The notes under the pieces: generated by a model
Seen by the model: only the letters and a program-made list of their open reading frames with translations
The model's database searches: none
Told to the model about the DNA's origin: nothing
Assembly: GCA_043784605.1 (NCBI GenBank)
Contig: JAYVYD010000018.1
Coordinates: forward strand, 1 to 57,317
Direction: 5' to 3'
Length of the DNA stretch: 57,317 nucleotides
DNA from: Myxococcales bacterium
GTDB taxonomy: Bacteria > Myxococcota_A > Polyangia > Polyangiales > Polyangiaceae
Position numbers and translations under genes: made by a program
Shown: positions 10,065 to 17,123 of the stretch, piece by piece
How the letters are laid out: each line of letters opens with the position of its first letter
Position numbering within the stretch: position 1 is the stretch's first letter

Positions 10065-10988
10065 TCACCAGAACACGTGGCGCCGCTCTTTCAAGCCGCG
10101 GTTCACCATCGCCTGGAGGGTTTGCTTCACGAGCCACACCTTCTCTTCGATCACGGCGTCGTCGTCGTCCGGGTCTCCATCGAACCGCATGGGCTCGCCG
10201 AAATGGAGTCGATACTTCGTCGGCAGCGGGAGCTGGCCTCCCGGCAGGAGGACCTGCGGCATGATCGGGAACGCGGGCATGCGCAGCAGCTTGGCTACGC
10301 CGTCCAGCTGCGCGATCGAGATGTACTGCTCCTCGCCGCCGATCACGGCGACCGGAACGATCGGAGTGTTCGTCTCGATCGCGAGCCGCATGAAGCCGAG
10401 ACCGAAATCCACGAGGCGGTAGCGCTCTTGGTAGGTCTTGCTGATCCCGCGCGAGCCCTCGGGGAACACGAGCAACGCCTCGTTGCGCAGGAGCAAGCGC
10501 TTCGCGTTCTCTGGCACGCCCACCACCTGGCCCACGCGCGCGAACAACATCGAGACGAAGGGCAGAGTGTGCGCCCACTTCTCGACCATCGCGCGTACGA
10601 AGCGCGGCGGCTCCACGTCCATGAACATCGCCGTGCCGATCATCGCGGCGTCCACCGGGATCTGGCCAGAGTGGTTCGCGATCAACAGCACGCGGCCTGT
10701 AGGCACGTTGGCGGTGCCGTACGCCTCGCAGCGAAAGTACTTTCGATAGAGAAGCGCCGTGCACGCGATCGCGTTCTTCGTCCACTCGGGATCGAGGCCG
10801 AACGGATCTACGCCAGACTGCCCGAGCGAGAGAGGCACTCTCGCAAGCCGCGCGTCGAACTCCTCGCCGAGCATCGACGTCATGGAGCGAGAGAGCGCCC
10901 GCTCCGCGAGGCCGCCGAGCTGCTTGATCCACGGAGCCATCCCAGACAAGCGTGCGAGCGAGTTAGCCACGAAGGAGCGTGGTATCAC
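10065..10988 (-). CDS. PlsC-like lysophospholipid/glycerol-phosphate acyltransferase family protein
   Basis: Motif I-like IANHSGQIPVD and motif III VFPEGSRG. GTG start at 10988. An alternative ATG lies at 10940 (MAPWIKQ). Confidence 0.8.
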   Translation of the reverse strand: MIPRSFVANSLARLSGMAPWIKQLGGLAERALSRSMTSMLGEEFDARLARVPLSLGQSGVDPFGLDPEWTKNAIACTALLYRKYFRCEAYGTANVPTGRVLLIANHSGQIPVDAAMIGTAMFMDVEPPRFVRAMVEKWAHTLPFVSMLFARVGQVVGVPENAKRLLLRNEALLVFPEGSRGISKTYQERYRLVDFGLGFMRLAIETNTPIVPVAVIGGEEQYISIAQLDGVAKLLRMPAFPIMPQVLLPGGQLPLPTKYRLHFGEPMRFDGDPDDDDAVIEEKVWLVKQTLQAMVNRGLKERRHVFW

Positions 10989-10998
10989 CGTTGTCGTC

Positions 10999-11883
10999 GT
11001 GCCGGTAGATTACGCCTCGCCTGCGCCGCTCCGACCCGGCGACACGATCGCGGTCGTGGCGCCTTCGAGCCCGTTTCCGCGGCAAGAGCTCCTCTCCGGC
11101 ATGGCCTGGTTGCGTGCGCGTTACACGATCGTCGCCAGTGACAAGATGTCTTCGCGTCACGGGTACCTCGCCGGTGATGACGAGCGGAGGCGCGCAGAGC
11201 TCGTCGGTGTGCTCGCCCGCGGAGACGTCAAGGCGATCATCGCCGCGCGCGGGGGCTATGGCGCGACGCGCATCCTCGATGTGGACTGGTCGGCGCTCAG
11301 GCGGTCACCGAAGTGGCTCGTCGGCTTCAGCGACATCACCGCGCTCCACTGCGAGGCCGTGCGGGTCGGCGTGCGGAGCATTCATGCGCCCAACGTCACG
11401 GGCCTCGCGCGCGTGGACTCGTGGACGCGGCACTGCCTCTTGACCGCACTCGAGCGCCCGGAACAATCTCTTCAATGGAACGACCTCACGACGCTCCGGG
11501 AAGGGGCGGGGGAGGGCCCGGCGGTGGGCGGGAACCTCGCGCTCGTGGAGTCCATGGCCGCCGCAGGGAGGCTCGTGCTCCCAGCGAGCGCCGTTCTGTT
11601 CCTGGAGGACGTGACGGAGCGCCCCTATCGCATCGATCGCATGCTCACGGCGCTGCGGCTGGGAGGCTATCTTTCGGCCGTATCGGCCGTGGTCTTCGGA
11701 TCGTTCTCCGAGTGCGCGCCGGGCCCCGACGGTGTCACGGTTGACGACGTACTCGCCTCGTTCGCGCACGACACGAAGGTGCCGGTGCTGTCAGGCGCGC
11801 CGTTCGGTCATGGGTCCAGGAACGACGCGTTCATCCTGGGGAGGACCGTGAAGGTCGGCCAGGGCCGCGTGACGTTCGTTTGA
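10999..11883 (+). CDS. LD-carboxypeptidase (peptidase S66, LdcA-like)
   Basis: GFSDITAL (Ser nucleophile), LEDVTERPYRIDR (Glu), PFGHG (His). The start is uncertain; GTG 10999 is the first plausible in-frame start after the divergent gene. Confidence 0.8.
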   Translation: MPVDYASPAPLRPGDTIAVVAPSSPFPRQELLSGMAWLRARYTIVASDKMSSRHGYLAGDDERRRAELVGVLARGDVKAIIAARGGYGATRILDVDWSALRRSPKWLVGFSDITALHCEAVRVGVRSIHAPNVTGLARVDSWTRHCLLTALERPEQSLQWNDLTTLREGAGEGPAVGGNLALVESMAAAGRLVLPASAVLFLEDVTERPYRIDRMLTALRLGGYLSAVSAVVFGSFSECAPGPDGVTVDDVLASFAHDTKVPVLSGAPFGHGSRNDAFILGRTVKVGQGRVTFV

Positions 11884-11923
11884 ATGGACCGACGAAGCGA
11901 CAAGTTGTTAGGCTTTCTCGACA

Positions 11924-12874
11924 ATGGTCCAAGGTCGCTCCGCCGTGCCGCTCCTCATCCTCGCTCACCTCGGCGTGCTCCCGTTCGCCGCGTGCAAGCG
12001 TGACGACAACGCGCCGGTGAACATCCCGCAGCCAGTAGGCTCGGTGCCCACCGCGGAGACGGCGAAGGCGACTGCGTCGGTGACGGTGACACCCTCGGCG
12101 ACCGTGACGGCGACCGTGACGGCGACCGTGACGCTCGCGCCCACCGCTGCAGCGTCGGCTCAGAAGCCCGCCGAGTGCCGCGCCGACAACGACTGCGAGC
12201 CGCAGCAGGTCTGCGTACGCGTACCGCTGGACGCGGGTGCCGGTCGGTGTGCCATGCGGCAGAACTACTTTCTCGGCCGACCACTCGTCGTCGATGGAGA
12301 GGCGCGCGTCGCCGCGTACGTGAGCGCTCCCGTGCGCACTGACCTGGAGTCGTTGATGAACGCGGCCCGCGAGGAGCACGCGAGCATCGCGGCGTTCGCG
12401 CGAACGGTAAGCGAGCTGATGGCGCTCGGCGCGCCGGCGTGGCTCCTATTCGAGACGCAAGATGCTCTCGCCGACGAGATTCGCCACACCGAGATGACCC
12501 TCGACCTCATCGAGAGCGCAACGGGCGAGCGACCCATCCTCGGGCGCCTCGCGGCCGCGATCGCTCCATTACGCAGCGACGCGAGCGAGCTGCTGCGCGA
12601 CGTGTTCAACGGCGGCTGCGTGGGTGAGACGCTCGCCGCGGCGCACGCAGAGTCTCTTCGCGACGAAGCGGAGACCGACGAGCTACGCGCGTTCTACGAC
12701 ACGCTCTTTCGCGACGAAGCGAAGCACGCGGCGCTGGCGTTCAAGATGGTGCGCTGGCTGATTTCGGAGATGCCGGAGCTCGCGAGTGTCATGAGCGAGG
12801 AGAAGACTCGGTTCATGTCGACGGCGTCGTTCGAGCCACGCGCGCTCGTGGGTCCGCTCCTCGACCTGATGTGA
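11924..12874 (+). CDS. exported ferritin-like (diiron-type) domain lipoprotein
   Basis: Lipobox LPFAAC-K, a Thr/Val/Ala-rich linker, a small Cys motif (ECRADNDCEPQQVC...GRC), then ExxH-type pairs (REEHASIAAF, ADEIRHTE, RDEAKHAA). Confidence 0.65.
   Translation: MVQGRSAVPLLILAHLGVLPFAACKRDDNAPVNIPQPVGSVPTAETAKATASVTVTPSATVTATVTATVTLAPTAAASAQKPAECRADNDCEPQQVCVRVPLDAGAGRCAMRQNYFLGRPLVVDGEARVAAYVSAPVRTDLESLMNAAREEHASIAAFARTVSELMALGAPAWLLFETQDALADEIRHTEMTLDLIESATGERPILGRLAAAIAPLRSDASELLRDVFNGGCVGETLAAAHAESLRDEAETDELRAFYDTLFRDEAKHAALAFKMVRWLISEMPELASVMSEEKTRFMSTASFEPRALVGPLLDLM
12098..12133 (+). repeat. perfect 3 x 12-nt in-frame tandem repeat (GCGACCGTGACG)
   Basis: Read directly. Encodes ATVT x3 in the linker of the ferritin-like lipoprotein. 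Confidence 0.9.
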
Positions 12875-12902
12875 CCGGCGGTCTTCGCGCGCAGCCGCAA
12901 AT

Positions 12903-13928
12903 TTAGTTCTTCCAGAAGAACTTCCACGGGTTGTGTTTGAGGTCCCGCGCCATCTCTTGGAGATCGTCGTAGAGCTCTTCGTCCATCACGAGCGCGCCGA
13001 CCGTGCCATCGCCCTTCTTGATGTGGCCGACGATCTCCTGCGTGTCGGTCGCGATGAGATCCGCGCGATGGGCGAGGTCGGAGACGTCGTCCAGCGTCTT
13101 CTTCAGCTTCGCCTGACCCTCGGGATCGCCCACGGTCGCCGATGCGCGGTTGAGGTTGCCCATCGCCTCTTTCGCGTCCTTCAACAGCGGCCCCGTGTCC
13201 TTCTGCAGATCTCCCGTGATCTTGTCCAGGTTGGCGAGCGCGCGATCGACCTGCGGATTGTCGACGAACTTGCCGCGCGCGTTTCGCGTCAGCGTGTTCG
13301 CCTCGACGGTGAGCGCCTCGAGGTTCTGCATGATGCGGTTGATGCGATCGCGGTTGTCTTGGACGCTGCCGTTAAGCCCCGTGATCAAGCCCGCCGTGTT
13401 GACGACGATCTCTTTGACGAGGTCTTGGTTGTTGCGCAGTCCGGTCACCGTCATGTCGAGCAGCTCGTAGGCCTTCGCCAAGAAGAGATCGATGCGCGGA
13501 GGCCCTATTCCGTGGGGGATCGTCTTCTCTGGATCCAGGATGGCCTTGGTGGGCGTTCCCGGATCGATCGCGAGGAACTGCTCGCCGAGCACGCCTTGCG
13601 TCGTGACGTAGAACTCCGCGTCCTCGCGGATCGACGAGTGCACCTTCTCTTGGATCAGGAGCTTGCAGCGCACCATCGTGCGGCGGCCCTGCACATCGAT
13701 CTCGCCGCCGCGGAACTGCATCTCGTCGACGCTGCCGACCTTCACGCCCGCGATGCGTACGGGGGCGCCGGTCTGCAATCCTCCCGGGTTGTCGAAGTCG
13801 ACGTAGACGGTGAACTTCTTCTCGAAGTTGATGCCGCCCATGACGAGGATGAAGCCCGCGAGGATCGCGAGCGACACCAAGATGAGCATGCCGACCTTGA
13901 CCTCGATCGATCGTTCCGCGCTGGCCAT
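12903..13928 (-). CDS. mlaD: MlaD/MCE-family substrate-binding protein
   Basis: N-terminal TM (VGMLILVSLAILAGFILVMGG), an MCE domain (VYVDFDNPGGLQTGAPVRIAGVKVGSV) and a long helical C-terminus. Confidence 0.88.
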   Translation of the reverse strand: MASAERSIEVKVGMLILVSLAILAGFILVMGGINFEKKFTVYVDFDNPGGLQTGAPVRIAGVKVGSVDEMQFRGGEIDVQGRRTMVRCKLLIQEKVHSSIREDAEFYVTTQGVLGEQFLAIDPGTPTKAILDPEKTIPHGIGPPRIDLFLAKAYELLDMTVTGLRNNQDLVKEIVVNTAGLITGLNGSVQDNRDRINRIMQNLEALTVEANTLTRNARGKFVDNPQVDRALANLDKITGDLQKDTGPLLKDAKEAMGNLNRASATVGDPEGQAKLKKTLDDVSDLAHRADLIATDTQEIVGHIKKGDGTVGALVMDEELYDDLQEMARDLKHNPWKFFWKN

Positions 13929-13941
13929 TTCGGGCCTTACG

Positions 13942-14682
13942 TTACTCGATCGGACCTTGCGCGCGACCGTGAATGAACTGTTGCACGATGGGGTCGTCGA
14001 CGGCCTTGAACTCCTCCGGAGTGCCCATCAGCTTCACCTTGCCGCGGTAGAGCATCACGATGCGGTCGGCGATCGAGAAGATCGAGGCGAGGTCGTGGCT
14101 CACGACAATGCTCGTAACGCCGAGCTTGTCACTGAGCTCGCGGATCAATTTGTCGACGCGGCGCGCGCTCACGGGGTCGAGCGAGGTGGTGGGCTCGTCG
14201 AACAGCACGTACGTGGGATCGAGCGTGAGAGCGCGGGCGATCGCGACGCGCTTGCGCATGCCGTCGCCGAGCTCCGACGGATAGCGATCGGCGAACTCCT
14301 GCATGTGCACCACTTCGAGCCTGTTTTTGGCCTCGATCAGCGCGTCCTTGTTCTTCATGCCACGGTGCTTGCGCAGCGGGAGCGCGACGTTCTCCGCGCA
14401 TGTCATCGAGTCGAAGAGCGTCGAGTGCTGGAAGACCATTGCGCACTTCTTCCGCACCGGCATCATGCCCTGCTCGTCCTTCTTGGAGATCTCCTCGCCG
14501 TCCAGCCAGATCTCTCCTGCGTCCGGACGCAAGAGGCCGATGAGGTGCTTGATGAGCACGCTCTTACCGACTCCCGACGCGCCGATGATGAAGAACACTT
14601 CTCCCGGCTGAACGTCGAAGGACACGTCGTCCAGCACGGGCTTGGGGCCGAACGCCTTCTGGATGTGCCTGAACGAGATCAT
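13942..14682 (-). CDS. mlaF: ABC transporter ATP-binding protein (MlaF-like)
   Basis: ATG 14682 lies 5 nt after the upstream stop. Walker A GASGVGKS, signature LGDGMRKRVAIARAL, Walker B VLFDEPT. Confidence 0.92.
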   Translation of the reverse strand: MISFRHIQKAFGPKPVLDDVSFDVQPGEVFFIIGASGVGKSVLIKHLIGLLRPDAGEIWLDGEEISKKDEQGMMPVRKKCAMVFQHSTLFDSMTCAENVALPLRKHRGMKNKDALIEAKNRLEVVHMQEFADRYPSELGDGMRKRVAIARALTLDPTYVLFDEPTTSLDPVSARRVDKLIRELSDKLGVTSIVVSHDLASIFSIADRIVMLYRGKVKLMGTPEEFKAVDDPIVQQFIHGRAQGPIE

Positions 14683-14687
14683 CGGCC

Positions 14688-15494
14688 TCACTTCGGAAAT
14701 ATGACGAACGCGGCGGCCGAGATGAAGAAGTTGAGCACGATGATCGCGAGAGACGAGTTGACGACTGCGCGCGTCGTTGCCCAGCCGACGCCCTCGCTGC
14801 CGCCGAGCGTGGACAAGCCGCAGTAGCCGCTCACGATCGGGATCGCCGCGCCATACGCGATGCACTTGGTGAGCCCCGTGATCACGTCTCCGTGATCGAC
14901 GAGCTGCAGGTTGACGAACGTGTGCCAGGGGACGTCGAACGCGAAGTATGCCGTCGCGCCACCGGCGACGTACGCGACCGCGGCGGCCCAGATGATGAGC
15001 ACGGTGGTCATGATCACGCTCGCGATGAAGCGTGGCTTGATGAGAAAATCGATCGGGTCTGCCGCGCACATACGGAGCGCGTCCACTTGCTCGGTGACGA
15101 CCATCGAGCCGATTTCTGCGGCGATGCCTGCGCCCACGCGTGTGCCGAGCATGAGCGCGCCGATGGATGCAGCGAGGTCGCGTACGAGTAGCTCGAGGTA
15201 CGTGGCGCCGAGTAGCGTAAAATCGGGCAAAATGCGCTTGGTCTGGAGGCCGGACTGGTAGACGAGGATCATCCCGATGAAGCCCATCGTGATGGTCAGA
15301 AAAAACGCGCTCTTGTTTCCGATCTCGTACATCTGTCCGAGTACGGCGCCCTTCTCGCGCTTGCCGCGCGCGACGAAGTACAGCGTGCGAGCGAAGACCG
15401 AGTAAAGCCCCCACGCAGAGCGGCCGAGATCGATCGCGGCCGAGCCGAGGTCGAACACGAAGCCTCTCTGTCTTTGGGATTCGATCGCGCTCAT
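14688..15494 (-). CDS. mlaE: MlaE-family ABC permease (paralog 2)
   Basis: Multi-TM permease. EIGSMVVTEQVDALR matches the MlaE/YrbE signature. Confidence 0.88.
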   Translation of the reverse strand: MSAIESQRQRGFVFDLGSAAIDLGRSAWGLYSVFARTLYFVARGKREKGAVLGQMYEIGNKSAFFLTITMGFIGMILVYQSGLQTKRILPDFTLLGATYLELLVRDLAASIGALMLGTRVGAGIAAEIGSMVVTEQVDALRMCAADPIDFLIKPRFIASVIMTTVLIIWAAAVAYVAGGATAYFAFDVPWHTFVNLQLVDHGDVITGLTKCIAYGAAIPIVSGYCGLSTLGGSEGVGWATTRAVVNSSLAIIVLNFFISAAAFVIFPK

Positions 15495-15496
15495 GA

Positions 15497-16297
15497 TCAG
15501 CCCAACAGGAACGAGACGAAGTAGTCGAGGACGAAGATGCCCGCGGCGGACGCGACGACCGTGGCGTTGACGGCCTTGCCGACGCCCGGCGCGCCACCGG
15601 TTGTGGTGAGGCCGAAGTGGCAGCTCGCGAGTGCGATCACGAGACCGAACACGACGCTCTTGATGAGGCCGTTCGCGACGTCGGCGAAGCCGAGCAGTCC
15701 GCCGGTCAAGCCGTGCAAGAACGCGGTGGGCTCCACGCCGATGAGCGCCTTGGACGAGTACGCGGCGCCGAGCAGCGCTAGCGCGTCTGCGTAGAGCGTC
15801 ATCATGAAGAGCGTTGCCGTGATCGCGAGAAAGCGCGGCAGGATCAAGAACGCGATCGGATCGATCGCCAGCGCTCGAAGCGCGTCGATTTGATCTGTGA
15901 CCACCATGGTGCCGAGCTCGGCAGTGTTGTTCGCGCCGACGCGACCCGAGATCATCAGCGCCGTGAGCAGCGGAGCGATTTCGCGCAGCGTGCCGAAGCC
16001 CGCGGCCCAGCCGACGAGGCCCTCCGCGCCGAGCCGCTTCACGATCGGCGCGGCTTGTATGACCATGATGGCGCCGGTGAACAGCGCGGTGACGATCACG
16101 ATCGGCACGGACTTGACGCTCATTTTGTAGAGGTTTCGTCGGAGCTCGGGGTAGTCGAGGCGAGGCGGGAACAAGCGCGAGAGGATGCGACCCAGCAGCA
16201 CGCCCATGCCGCCTGCGGTCTCGGCGATGCCGAAGAAGCTGCTGCCGACGTTCCCCGCGAGCGCGGCGAAACGAGAAGGAGAGGGCGCTGCGGTCAC
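15497..16297 (-). CDS. mlaE: MlaE-family ABC permease (paralog 1)
   Basis: GTG start at 16297. ELGTMVVTDQIDALR matches the MlaE/YrbE signature. Multi-TM. Confidence 0.88.
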   Translation of the reverse strand: MTAAPSPSRFAALAGNVGSSFFGIAETAGGMGVLLGRILSRLFPPRLDYPELRRNLYKMSVKSVPIVIVTALFTGAIMVIQAAPIVKRLGAEGLVGWAAGFGTLREIAPLLTALMISGRVGANNTAELGTMVVTDQIDALRALAIDPIAFLILPRFLAITATLFMMTLYADALALLGAAYSSKALIGVEPTAFLHGLTGGLLGFADVANGLIKSVVFGLVIALASCHFGLTTTGGAPGVGKAVNATVVASAAGIFVLDYFVSFLLG

Positions 16298-16359
16298 CTG
16301 CCGGACTCTACCTCAGTCGATGTCGGGAAGGTCAGGCACGATCATGTCGATGATCGACC
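16282..16359. repeat. direct repeat copy A (78 nt; 52 nt perfect core 16282-16333)
   Basis: Aligned by eye to 16726-16803, 73/78 identical. Contains the mlaE-1 GTG start plus 5 codons, a 15-nt spacer, and a duplicate of the tail (VPDLPDID*) of the small membrane protein gene. Confidence 0.9.
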
Positions 16360-16725
16360 TGGCGTGCGCCGTCCTCGACGCTGAAGACAAGTTGGACCAC
16401 GCATGATCGGTGAGAGGCCAGCCGCGCCAGCTTTCGGTAATTTGGCAGAAGAGCCGATGCTCAATCTTGTTCCACTTGGAGGTGCCCGGCGGGAAGTGCG
16501 AGACGCTGATGGTCATACCCGTTCAATTAGTGCTGGGGGGACTCCCCGGCGCGGTACATCGTTCCGTTGGGTCCGCAGCGCCAGGTCGTATCGAAGCAAA
16601 CCACTGACGATGAGACGAATGACCTCGCCATCGCGCGCGAAAACTTGCACGGCGATTGGAACTACACAATTCATCCGAGGCGCAATAACGGGTAGTGGCG
16701 ATCAACTTGTTTCCCGTCGGGTCCT
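16360..16725. mobile_element. decayed ISAzo13-type DDE transposase remnant (two C-terminal fragments in opposite orientation)
   Basis: Minus strand 16522-16360 reads GMTISVSHFPPGTSKWNKIEHRLFCQITESWRGWPLTDH. Plus strand about 16549-16695 reads ...VVSKQTTDDETNDLAIARENLHGDWNYTIHPRRNNG*. Both resemble the conserved C-terminus of ISAzo13-family transposases. Local GC is visibly lower. Confidence 0.6.
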
Positions 16726-16803
16726 AGGGCGCTGCGGTCACCTGCCGGACTCTACCTCAGTCGATGTCGGGAAGGTCGGGCACGATGAAGTCGATCAACG
16801 ACC
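16726..16803. repeat. direct repeat copy B (78 nt; 52 nt perfect core 16726-16777)
   Basis: Partner of 16282-16359, offset 444 bp. Contains the true 3' end of the small membrane protein gene plus a vestigial GTG-ACC-GCA-GCG-CCC-TAG mini-frame. Confidence 0.9.
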
Positions 16804-17119
16804 CGAGCGCGAACACCGGCACGAGCACGAGGACGAACCCGAGCAGTCCGAGCCCGACGCCCTTCCAGCCGCGACGCGTACGGAGAAAATGCAAGAACAC
16901 GCCGAACGCAACGGGCAGCACGCCGCCCATCAGCGCGCCGAAGCCGAGCACCATGTCGCGCGTGACGGGTGGCCATGCTCGCTCGAGTTTGCGGGGCGAC
17001 AGCTTGCGCTCGTCTCGCACGACGATCGCAAAGCCGGTGAGCGACGCGATGAGCATCGATGAGAGGACGTATCCGGCGATGATGATCGTCTCGCCGTCCG
17101 TGAGCGACCGCGGTGCCAT
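16757..17119 (-). CDS. small integral membrane protein (120 aa), hypothetical
   Basis: Three to four hydrophobic helices. Lies 4 nt downstream of plsB. C-terminus is ...LIDFIVPDLPDID. Confidence 0.6.
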   Translation of the reverse strand: MAPRSLTDGETIIIAGYVLSSMLIASLTGFAIVVRDERKLSPRKLERAWPPVTRDMVLGFGALMGGVLPVAFGVFLHFLRTRRGWKGVGLGLLGFVLVLVPVFALGSLIDFIVPDLPDID

Positions 17120-17123
17120 TGGG

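Noticed and set aside
9124-10932. 602-aa ORF extending the SDR gene upstream
   Set aside because: The first ~290 aa are Arg/Ala-rich and overlap the acyltransferase gene in another frame. The Rossmann motif follows the ATGATG at 10062, which lies 2 nt after the upstream stop.
13942-15597. 551-aa ORF extending mlaF upstream
   Set aside because: The N-terminal 300 aa are low-complexity Arg-rich and overlap the mlaE genes. A canonical ABC ATPase starts at ATG 14682.
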